This document shows, one piece after another, positions 33,379 through 43,788 of a stretch of 45,161 nucleotides of DNA. Numbering within the stretch: the stretch's first letter is position 1; each line of letters opens with the position of its first letter. Source of the DNA: Octopus bimaculoides (taxonomy: Eukaryota); contig NC_068989.1 in assembly GCF_001194135.2 (NCBI RefSeq), positions 67,471,839 through 67,516,999 on the forward strand, read 5' to 3'. The notes beneath the pieces were generated by a model, which had not been told where the DNA came from, ran no database searches, and saw only the letters and a list, made by a program, of their open reading frames with translations. The position numbers were made by a program, and so were the translations under genes.

Positions 33379-34681
33379 AATCAGACAGATTCAAATGTTA
33401 TAAAACGACAATGTTCTAAAAGATGTACATTTAGATAGAAATAAAAAAAACAAAAACAATATTAAGTACAAAATTGGGGACAACTTTTACAGTAAAGTAT
33501 TCATTTAAGACTTGTTCTTGACGCAATTCATATTCTCAATTGTAACGACAATACAATACTTATAGATAAAGCATGAATAAATTAGTTTTGTCTGCTCTAT
33601 TTAAAGCTGGTGGAACTGGGCTAGTTGTAGGTGAGTGACTTTGCTATTGAAAGACTCAGTGCTGAATACAGAACGAATCGTTGCCCCTTCGGGTGTTTTT
33701 GCTGACTGGCACTATTTTGACTTAATTCAAAGCAGTAAAATTATTTCATTCAAATCTCTAACCTCCGCACGGCAGACTGTTTGGGCAGAAGTATCAAATG
33801 ATACGGATATTCATTTAAAAGAAAACAGATATTTTCAATTGAATTAAAACTACAGCAATAAAAATAAACAATTAGCAAGGTTCTACTTACTGTTATTGAT
33901 CCTCTGAGATGTTTGGTGTAATTTTTGTATAGATTGTTCTAGATGTTTATAATCAAATTATGTTTTAGTTTAAATGCAGGTTAAATTCTCGGTAAATTTT
34001 TACCAAGTTCTCTTGGTGACCTTGAGACGATGTTATAAATTTGTAATGTAGTCACACAAAAAAAAAAAAAGGCGTGTTGAAATATCTAAAATAGCTTTCA
34101 GCTGACTGTTTTATTTTCTCTCCTGGTGTTCGGTTATAAATGAAATATACTTGATCACATGAATTTGATTGGAGGAGAAAAAAAATATACAGAAGAACTT
34201 TTCATGACATTACGATTTACGCCGAAATATAATTTGTCACAATAAATCACAAGAAAATCAAATAGGAAAAAAACAAAAACTTCCCCACTAAAGCAAAAAT
34301 AACTTGCCAAACAAATAAAGTTTAACGTGGTTCAAGGGAAAGATAAATATATGTGTGNNNNNNNNNNNNNNNNNNNNNNNNNNNNNNNNNNNNNNNNNNN
34401 NNNNNNNNNNNNNNNNNNNNNNNNNNNNNNNNNNNNNNNNNNNNNNNNNNNNNNNNNNNNNNNNNNNNNNNNNNNNNNNNNNNNNNNNNNNNNNNNNNNN
34501 NNNNNNNNNNNNNNNNNNNNNNNNNNNNNNNNNNNNNNNNNNNNNNNNNNNNNAACTATAAGATTATTCATTAGATATACATTTATCTAGAATCTAATTT
34601 TATCTTTCTTTAATTAAAAAATTTTTTTTTCTGTAATTTTCCATGTTAACCTTGAACTAAAAGTGCGAAACTCTTATTCAG

Positions 34682-34683
<2 letters not shown>

Positions 34684-34727
<44 letters not shown>

Positions 34728-35040
34728 GCACGCACGCACGCACACACACTCACGTACACACACACTCACGCACACACACACACAACAAACCCTTCCCATA
34801 AGCAAAAGTATTTTTAAAATGCTTTGTCTGCAATTTACAATGCAGCGATCATGTGTATGTGTGTGTACGTTAGTGCAAGTATGTGTGTATGTACATATTA
34901 TGTGTGTGTATATGTTTGTTAGTGTATGTGATAGTTTATGTATATGTGTGTGCCAGTGATGTGTCAGTATGTGTGCATGTGTTAGTGATATGTTTGTTAG
35001 TGTGTGCATGTATGTATGTATGTATGTATATATGTATATG
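34684..35040. repeat. (CA)n and (TG)n/(TATG)n microsatellite block
   Basis: Read directly. Other microsatellites include (TA)n 68-100, (GAT)n 1648-1672, (TAG)n 40792-40822 and (TA)n/(GATA)n 43757-43812. Confidence 0.95.
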
Positions 35041-35766
35041 GGAGAATATACGAAAAAACAACAACAGACGAGGACAGGTGGTCTAAGTAACAAAAGGATG
35101 TATTAGTATGACGCTCGGGAATACAGAAAGTCTTTGACGTTTCGAGCTACGCTCTTCAATGTCTGATAGTGTGCGTGTGCGTGTGTCTATGCTGAATTAA
35201 TAAAGTTAATTAATTCTGAGATAGTGGTTAAGTTATCACGTGATGATCTGTCTTTGCTGACCAGGTACTGAACCCAGAATAACGTCATGGAATTTACAAC
35301 CATTCTTCAGTAATCTTTATCTAAATGTCTTTGTCTAAATATCTTTGTCTTTAGGTAAAAAAAATGCTATGACTTCCCGTGCATCATCGATTGGGATAAC
35401 TATCTAAGTATAGAAAAGCTATTTCTGTAAGCATGTATGTAATTATTCAAAAGCATGGTCATAGCATGCTAGCCTTCTTTTTAGAATTGATTAACCTTTG
35501 CAAATAAGGAATGATTTGTTCATCTGCCTTCTTGTAAAAAAGCTTATCTTAAATAAGTCTAGTTACTGTAGCTGTACATAACTACCATAGTGTCATTGCC
35601 GTTGATGGCAGGAATGTTGTTTAGCTTATGATTTCATTTGTTTGCAGTGTTAAAACATTGATCCTCCATGTTACTTGGAGAAGGTATCAGCAAAACGATC
35701 CCTAAGCATATTTTCTCCTGAAATTGTTTCATGAAAATGAAGTTTTCCAAGGGATTCCAGTTATCT

Positions 35767-36228
35767 GGCACCAGTAACAGTAAATCACTAAGAGCACCGT
35801 CTGAGCGTGATTGTTGCCAGAGCACCAGCTGTCTGGCTTTCGTGCCAGTGGCACGTAAATAGCACCATTTGAGCGTGACCATTACCAACGTCGCCTTCCT
35901 GGCACTTGTGCCAGTGGCACGTGAAAAGTCATTTGAGCGAGTTCGTTGCCAGTACAGCTGGACTGGCTCCTGTGCAGGTGGCACGTAAAATACATCATTT
36001 CGAGCATGGCTGTTGCCAGTACCTCCTGACTAGCCTTTGTGCTGGTGGCACATAAAAGCACCCACTACACTCTCTGAGTGGTTGGCATTAGGAAGAGCAT
36101 CCAGCTGTAGAAACTCTGCCAAATCAGATTGGAGCCTGGTGTAGCCATCTGGTTTCACCAGTCCTCAGTCAAATCGTCCAACCCATGCTAGCATGGAAAG
36201 CGGACGTTAAACGACGATGATGATGATG
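35767..36228 (+). mobile_element. RTE-tail retroposon flanked by direct repeats of about 130 bp
   Basis: Same family; flanks 35636-35766 and 36229-36367. Confidence 0.85.
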
Positions 36229-36859
36229 ATTTGTTTGCAGTGTTGAAGCGTTAAAACATTGATCCTCCACGTTACTTGGAGAAGGTATCAGCAAAACAAT
36301 CCCTCAATGTAATTTCTCCTGAAATTGTTTCATGAAAATGAAGTTTTCCAATGGATTCCAATTATCTAATAACATGCCTTTAATTACTGATTAGATTAGT
36401 TTCAGTTCAATTAAAAAAAAAAAAAAGAAAAACTTAGTAAAGGTATGAATATTACAACACCCAATTTACTATTTACCAAAATAGAACCTTTATGGGGATG
36501 TTAACATGACATTCAGAAGCACAGTATATTCTATTCGAAGGTAAGACAACCTGTCTGATCCAGCCTACTATTGCCATATTGCTTTCATCTCTAATATTTC
36601 TAAGTTAATAGAGGCAAACATTAAAAATAACAAAATATTCCTACTTCAAATTTTGATGTCAACTTCAAATTTTTAAAAAATTATAATTGAAAAAAAAAAA
36701 AATACAAATCCAGAATTAGCAAATTTATTCCCTTGGTAGGTGAAATTTATTCCCTGGGAGTAAATTAACCCCAGCATGGGAGACCTTGAATTATACAGAA
36801 TGTCAAATTTCTACATTTAGTTGGATTGTTGTTTCTTTCCCCGCTTTTAGTTTGAGATT

Positions 36860-37683
36860 CTTAACAATTCTACATGGTAGTGAGATGAAGGCCCTGAATG
36901 TAGAAGACATGTGAAGCTTAGAAAGGAATGAGACTAGTGTGTTCCACTGGATGTGTAATGTAAGTGTACATGTTCGACAGAGTGCCAGTGTTCTGTGAGA
37001 GAAGTTAGGCATAAGAGGAATTGGCTGCTTGTGCAAGAAAGAAGACTGAACTAGTTTGGTCATGTGATGGGGGTGGATGCTAACAGCTCCATGAAGAAGT
37101 GCTGATCTCTCAAAGTGGATGGAACATGTGGAAGTGGGAAACCCAGGAAGACATGGGATGCAATATTGAAGAACAACCTCAGGATGCTGAACCTTTCAGG
37201 CAAGACGACAAGCAACCGAGATACCTGGTGCCTGGTCATACTCTAGAAGGCACGTACACTGCAGCAAAAGTGCTAAGACCAATCCTGCTGGTGATGTAAA
37301 GCACCCAGGGAGGTGCCACATAAAAGCACCAATGTGGTGCCATGTAAAATCACCTGTGTGGCACCACATAAAAGCGCCCATGCAGTACCTCATAAAAGCA
37401 TCCGTGCAGTACCAATAAAAACACCAGTGTTGTGTCACATAAAAGTGCCCATGTGGTGCCATGTAAAAGTACCCAGCACACTTTGTAAAGTGATTGGCTT
37501 TAGGAAGGGCATCTGACTGTAGAAACCATGCCAAATCAGAGTGGATTATGGTGCAGACCCCTAGCTTAACAGCTCTGGTCAAACTGTCCAACCCATGCCA
37601 GCATGGACAATAGACGTTAAATGACGATGATGATGGCAACAACGACAATGATGGTGATGGCAATGACGATGCCAACGATGATG
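36860..37683 (+). mobile_element. Older RTE-clade LINE 3' fragment
   Basis: SLERNETSVFHWMCNVSV...EKLGIRGI / VQERRLN*FGHVMG...GKPRKTW with stops and a frameshift, followed by a 3' UTR and (GAT)n-like tail. Confidence 0.8.
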
Positions 37684-38169
37684 ACTGTCCCAAATCTGTC
37701 CTTAAATACAGAGGAGCACATATATACCTTGTAAAGAACCAGCAATTGTCCAGAACAGAAGTAATTTCTGGCTCTGCTGGAGAAGATTCTTAGGCTAAAA
37801 AACTATGGATTGACAGAACTGTAAGAATGTTTGACTGGGCACCTTGCCATATTTGTTCCAACATTTTATATTCTGAGTTCAAATTCCACCATGGCCTACT
37901 TGACTGGTAGACTTAAACCATCACCTTGAATGTCTTTAAAACAGAGTTCGATCTATTGCAAGTATTTAGGCCAGATTTCTGGTCGGAGGATATCTGGTCT
38001 GAACGCTTCCACCAGTCCCAACAGCCTTGTAAAGGGTCATGGATCTTTCTTTGAACTGGAACACAGTGAGAGAGAAAGAAGAACCACAGAGAGGGGGTGG
38101 AGTAGGAAATGCCATAAATAATAGAGTAGTTTTGCAACAAGTAATACAAGCGAAAAATTTAATACTAAT

Positions 38170-39400
38170 GTATATTTTTGAGATGAGGAATTATGTACCT
38201 TATTTACAATGGATGGATAGGTGTCCTCACCTTGTTTGTTGTTACCACATTGTTTCAGCTAATGTACTTACTCTCTAGCCTTCATCAAGTGATCTGGTGA
38301 AATTTCAAACCCAACCCTTTATTTGACTAATGGGGTACTCTGTTCTCATTCCTAAGGTATTCTTTTTTGTTGATGTTATTTTTTTCTGTTGATATTATTT
38401 CCCAAGTCCCTGTCTGGGATTGAACTCAGAATCCTAGGGTTAGTAGCCCATGCTCTTATCCACTATGCCATATGTCTGCAGGCAATTATAGAGTGAATTT
38501 TGGGGCTTATAAACCTAATGTTTTATCTTTTCTTAATACCAGTTCCCATATTACATTCATACCTGCACTAGGTCTGCCTAGGAGGTTATTGTGTCCTAGC
38601 ATATGTGTAGCCTCTTTTAATTTTTGTATTTTCCAGTGGTGTTCTCTGTCTATTACTTTAAACTTCATCCCACAGGGGTAGGTGGTCTCCATTTTACCAT
38701 ACAAGATTGGCTATACTCGATTTTTCAATATCCCCTTGTGTCATAGTTTTACGATGTTCTTCTACTGTGACATGAGGAGATATTGTGACATGAGGGGATA
38801 GATGTGACATGAGGGGATAAATGTGACATGAGGGGATAGATGTAACATGAGGGAATACTGAAAAATCAGGTATAGCCAATCGCATATGGAAAAATGGAGA
38901 CGACCTTCCCCTGTGGGATGAAGTTAAAGTAATAGACAAATACAAAATAATACAAAAATTGAAATACAAAAATTAAAAGAGATAGCACATATGCTAGGAC
39001 ACAGTAACCTCCTAAGCAGACCTAGTACAGATATGAATGTAATACGGGAACCAGTATTAAGAAAAGATAAAATACTAAGTCAATAAGTCCCAAAATTCTC
39101 TCTATAATTGCCTACAGGCATATAGCATAGTGGATAAGACACGGGCTACTAATTCTTGGATTCTGAGTTCATTCCCAGGAAGGGACTTGAAAAATAATAT
39201 CAACAAAAAAAAAAAAATAATAACATCTGCAAAGAAGAATACTTTAGGAATGAGAACAGAGTACCCCATTAGTCAAATAAAGGGTTGGGTTTGAAATTCC
39301 ACCAGAACACCTGATGAAGGCTGGAGAGTACATCAGCCAAAATGTTGTCGTAACAACAAACAAGGTAAGGACACTCATCTGTCCATTGTAAATAATGTAA
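38170..39400. mobile_element. Penelope-like element 3' end as an inverted fold-back pair: GIY-YIG C-terminus, tRNA-like segment and hammerhead-like motif in each arm
   Basis: Arms at about 38170-38765 (-) and 38841-39400 (+) are reverse complements. They encode EEHRK...EKSSIAN..WKNGD.LPLWDEVKVIDREHHWKIQKLKEATHMLGHNNLLGRPS, typical of the C-terminus of PLE GIY-YIG endonucleases. Confidence 0.8.
38766..38860 (+). repeat. Five copies of an 18-19-bp unit (tgtgacatgaggggataga) at the fold-back centre
   Basis: Read directly from the sequence. Confidence 0.9.
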
Positions 39401-39424
39401 CGAAAAATTTGTTTTAATTTTATT

Positions 39425-39635
39425 TTAACCTTTTAGCATTCATATTATTCTGTCAAATGTAATGCTTATTGATTCACATTATTTCAAATTAAACATGAAT
39501 TATCTTCATGGTGTAATTACTTATTTTAGAATGACATTATAGAATAGGTGTGAGAGGCCAGATCTGGCCAGTTTTATCATAAAACTGGTAGAATATTCAA
39601 GCCAGATGTGGCTGATTTGAATGCTAAAGGGTTGA
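39425..39635. mobile_element. piggyBac-like MITE (TTAA-CC...GG-TTAA); related copy at about 24790-25001 and a different TTAA MITE at about 39998-40223
   Basis: ttaaccttttagcattc ... gaatgctaaagggttga. Confidence 0.55.
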
Positions 39636-40789
39636 AATAGATATTTTTCTTTTGAAAATTAGTAATAAAAGTTAAATAAAAATTCTTTTATGTGTGCCAT
39701 ATTTCCTGATATTACCCATGGAGGCAAAAGTTTACCTCCAAAGTTACCTCTCATATGACGGCGACACTTTAGTTCCCTAATATTGCTTTTATTTTTTCTC
39801 ATTACTTAATTCTTTCTTTCTATTTTTTTTCATGTCTTGCTAGTTACTTGGTAACCTCACTAATGCTGGTGTCATTTAAAAAGCACTAGTACACTCTGTA
39901 AAGTGGTTGGTATTAAGAAGGTTATCTATTCAGCTGTGGAGGCTGTGCCAAAGCTGACAGTGAAACTTGACACAGCTCTGCAGCTTTCCTGATCCTCTTA
40001 ACCCCCTTAATACCAACCTTACTGAGACTGCCACTGGTTTAATGATGCAAATTTGATAATTTAAAATGAGCTAATTTAAAACCTTCCATCAAAATTTCAT
40101 GTTAATTTTTGTTCTAAACATCAGCTTAGCAATAAAAACTTATTTTAACTAAATTCTTCAATATTTTCAAAATTAATTGAAAGAAAGGCAACCTCTTTCA
40201 ATAAAGATATAACAAAAAGGTTGACCCCCTCCAACTCATGCCAGCATGGAAAATGGATGTCAAACGATGATGATGATGGTGATGACTATTTCCAGTTAAC
40301 TAATTACACTAAATATATTAATACTATCTTAATTATTATTATATATTTTTTTTATGTAGACGGCATCTCTGAATTAAATATGTTTATTCGATGCCTCATT
40401 ATTCTTCGTTTCATTTCTGCAGGGACCCATTTTCTCCTTTATATTATTTTTGAGATTGTTAAAATATAATACCAACCGCACATGCAGAGTTGAGATGAAA
40501 TTCAATGAAATATTTGGTTTTTGACTAATAAGTCACAACATGTCAATATTTTTAGATCAAGGATCAGAACGTCCTGTCTTATTAAATCAAAACTTAAAGG
40601 CAAACATCATGGAAGAAAAAATAAATTTTCAGAAAGATGAGCCTCAATGCAGTTTCAGTATTTATTTGAGGCCATCTTAATTCACTTGTAGAGTCAATGC
40701 TCTTTGGAAAAAAAAAAAGTTGTCGTTCCCATTTCCTGTGTTTTTTAATAAATGGGATTTACATACTTGGTGGAACAAAATCATCAATA

Positions 40790-40823
<34 letters not shown>

Positions 40824-41244
40824 TGCAGCAGTAGATGTATTTATTCTTAGTGGTTAGCACCTGGTCACCTCTGGTTGAGTAACTGGAATGAAACTTGAGT
40901 TGTGACTGTCCCATATTTTCATATCTGCAGGATTATTCTTTAATATGCCTCTCCTTTTTCAAGTTAATAGCATGCAACTTGAGGAATAATTGGTTGTTAT
41001 AGATAGGCAGACTGAGTTACCACACACACACACACACACACACATGTACAAACAACCATGGGCTTCTTTCCACTACAATACTAATCTCATATTGCTGATT
41101 TTACTACTCAGTACATAAACCATCAGATTGCTAAATATCATAAATTTGGATGTAGAATGTGTTCAAATTATAGATGTTATGGTTAACATGACCAGGATGT
41201 ATCAGGAAGTGAGACCCTCAGTTATGAATGGTGCTTGGAAAAAC

Positions 41245-41468
41245 ATACACTAGTGGTTGCTGAAAAGTTTCTGGCTTTAAGGGTATCATGATTGGCTTGG
41301 TTGGAAGCTCAATCTTCCGAGTTCTTTTACAGGGCTTAGAAAAATCAAAGGACTGCTGCAATATGTGTGTGAATCTGAGAGGGGAATATGTTGAATAAGA
41401 TCATAATTAACTGATCCTCCTGTATTTTCTTTTACCCAAAGTCATGAACTTCTCAGCACCCACCTCAT
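41245..41468. mobile_element. Mariner-like MITE within a possible pogo/Tigger remnant (about 41060-41720)
   Basis: Imperfect TIRs ggttgctgaaaagtttctggcttt / aaagtcatgaacttctcagcaccc. The flank translates EVRPSVMNGAWKN, resembling the pogo DDE C-terminus. Confidence 0.45.
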
Positions 41469-41799
41469 AAGCCATCAGGTTATTAGATATTATAAATTTG
41501 GATGTAGAACACGTTCAAATTGGAGATCCATCATAAAGTTGGTAGATGTAGTTCACCAAGATATGCAACCAGTAATGGATGCAAATAAGCATTGGATAAA
41601 TCGAACCTCCACCATCAGGGTAGAAAAAAATCTTACGTTTCAGATCAAGATGCAGAGAAGTTTAAGGTTTCATGCCTTTAATGACAATATTGTTCATATT
41701 TGGTGGCGTCAACAGCAAAAAGTCGCTAGGAATAGTGAGTGAACATTGATGACAGTGACAAAAACAAATATGAATATGACACAGGTAAGAAAGCGAAAT

Positions 41800-42148
41800 C
41801 GTGATGGCACCTGTGCCCAGCGTCGCCTTCCTGGCACGTGTAAAGACATTCGAGCAAGATCGTTGCCAGTGCCGCTGGACTGGCTCCTGTGCAGGTGGCA
41901 CGTAAAATACACCATTTTGAGCATGGCTGTTGCCAGTAATGCCTGACTGGCCTTCGTGCCGGTGGCACGTAAAAGCACCCACTACACTCTCGGAGTGGTT
42001 GGCGTTAGGAAGGGCATCCAGCTGTAGAAACTCTACCAAATCAGATTGGAGCCTAGTGTAGCCAACTGGTTCACCAGTCCTCAGTCAGATCGTCCAGCCC
42101 ATGCTAGCATGGAAAGCGGACGTTAAACGATGATGATGATGATGATGA
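41800..42148 (+). mobile_element. RTE-tail retroposon
   Basis: Same family with (GAT)n tail. Confidence 0.85.
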
Positions 42149-42847
42149 TATAAATATAAATATACAAACAAAACAAATTGTACATTGTACAAACTGAATA
42201 AGGTTGTGGAGCTCTGAATCAAGACCAGATGTGTATAAAAGACGTATAAAAGTAATGCAATGGAAAATGTCCTGTAGGACTGGAAAGGCAAATGGTAGAA
42301 AAGACAAATGGGTAAAGAAAAAACAAACAAATAAACCTAAAGTTAAAAATAGAGGAGAGGGGAGACCAGGAAAAGCAGTTAACAAAAAGAGGAAGTTGAA
42401 AAAGGAATGGTCATGGGTCATGTGGTTGAAGGAGGAGAGAGAAAAAAGGTGGAGGGCACAGATACAGGGAAAGACAAAGAGATAAAATGGTGAGAGAGGA
42501 AAGGAGAGAGAGGAAGAGAGAAGAGAGAAGAAAAAAGGCAAAAAGAAAAAGATGTTGCACAAAAAAATTCTTACTATAGGGTGATAAAGATAAAAATAGA
42601 TGTGAGGTGATGTGTTAAATGATAAGTTTTAAAGATTAAACACAAGCGCAACAAAAGAACAAATAGAAAATTCACACGCAAGACATGGACAAGCATTTAA
42701 CTCATCAATTATGATTTTAAAAAATCCTTACACAGCTACTCGCTTGCGTTGAAGATTTAAAAAAAGAATTTCTGAAAATGTCACTCATTTTTTATCTAAA
42801 AACAATGTCCCCAGATTACAAAACTTACTATTTAACATTATGAAGGT

Positions 42848-43190
42848 GTATGGTTCAATGGTTAGAGCATCAGGCTCACAGTCACGAGGTAGTGAGTTCG
42901 ATTCCCAGACCAGGATGTGTGTTGTGTTCTTGAGCAAGACACTTTATTTCATGTTGCTCCAGTTCACTCAGATGTAGAAATCAGTTGTGACGTCACTGGT
43001 GCCAAGCTGTATTGGCCTTTGCCTTTCCCTTTCCCTTGGATAACATCAGTGGTGTGGAGAGGGGAGGTTTGTATGCATGGGAAACTGCTGGTCTTCCATA
43101 AACAACCTTGCCTAGATTTGTTCCTCAGAGGGGAATTTTTTAGATGCAATCCCATGGTCATTCATGGTAAAGACGCTGAAGGGCATCTTT
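42848..43190 (+). mobile_element. Fourth tRNA-derived SINE family
   Basis: A-box tggttcaatgg, B-box gagttcgattcc, central gttcttgagcaagacactt block shared with 7003-7230 and 20862-21095. Confidence 0.75.
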
Positions 43191-43495
43191 ACTCTTTATT
43201 TAACATTTTAAACATTATAAAAGACTAACTGTTGTTAGGGGTCGTTTAGCTCACATAACATGCTTCCATACACTTTAGTCTGCCGAATTATAATAAACGC
43301 TAAGTGAAAGGTATAACATTTAAAATTTTAGTTTAAACTAATGCTTCGATAAGATAAATATTGCATTTATTTTCAGTAATATTGTCAAATGTTTTTCTTT
43401 TATTTATTGGTAAAATAAGTATTTTTATATAAATTCATTTGATATTTATTGTTAGTCGATATATATACATTCATTTTATTATTATTATTGTATTT

Positions 43496-43614
43496 TGACC
43501 TGAAGATTAGCAATATTTTTGAATAGAATTGATTTTCGATCGATTTATTTTGAATCGATTTGATTTTTATTTGATTTTCTATTTGAAAATATGGTTATGA
43601 AACATGTGTAGTCA
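43496..43614 (+). ncRNA. Type I hammerhead ribozyme-like motif with long AT-rich stem II
   Basis: tgac-CTGAAGA (43500-43506) ... GAAAC (43599-43603)-atgt-GTA (43608-43610)-gtca; stem I tgac/gtca; stem II tagcaatatt/aatatggtta. Confidence 0.55.
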
Positions 43615-43752
43615 TTTTTACTATTTTATATATTTATTACTTTGTACTTTTTTGATTTTTATTATAGGTCTTTTTAGTGTATTTATTCAATTTTTCTATA
43701 TGTGATTGTAGATTTTCATGGATGAATTCAATAATTGTGGGTTTTTTTCTCT

Positions 43753-43788
<36 letters not shown>

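Larger units (their letters stand above)
5809..34553. other. Nine assembly gaps lie within this span
   Basis: N-runs at 5809-6001, 7582-8363, 11539-11662, 16976-17402, 21543-21642, 25753-26138, 26751-26788, 31764-32017 and 34358-34553. Confidence 0.98.

Noticed and set aside
5525-34590. Long ORF-track entries full of X (for example 7518-8420, 16800-17564, 25671-26241, 34327-34590)
   Set aside because: They are open only because they run through N-gaps.
38766-38860. CRISPR-like array
   Set aside because: It is a head-to-tail tandem repeat with no spacers, in eukaryotic DNA with no cas genes.
3055-42039. Recurrent ORFs of the LQLDALPNANHSESVVGAF type
   Set aside because: They are chance translations of the RTE 3' UTR repeat, not a gene family.
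18256-43190. tRNA-like sequences as real tRNA genes
   Set aside because: They have A/B boxes but no complete cloverleaf, and each continues into a multicopy SINE or PLE body.
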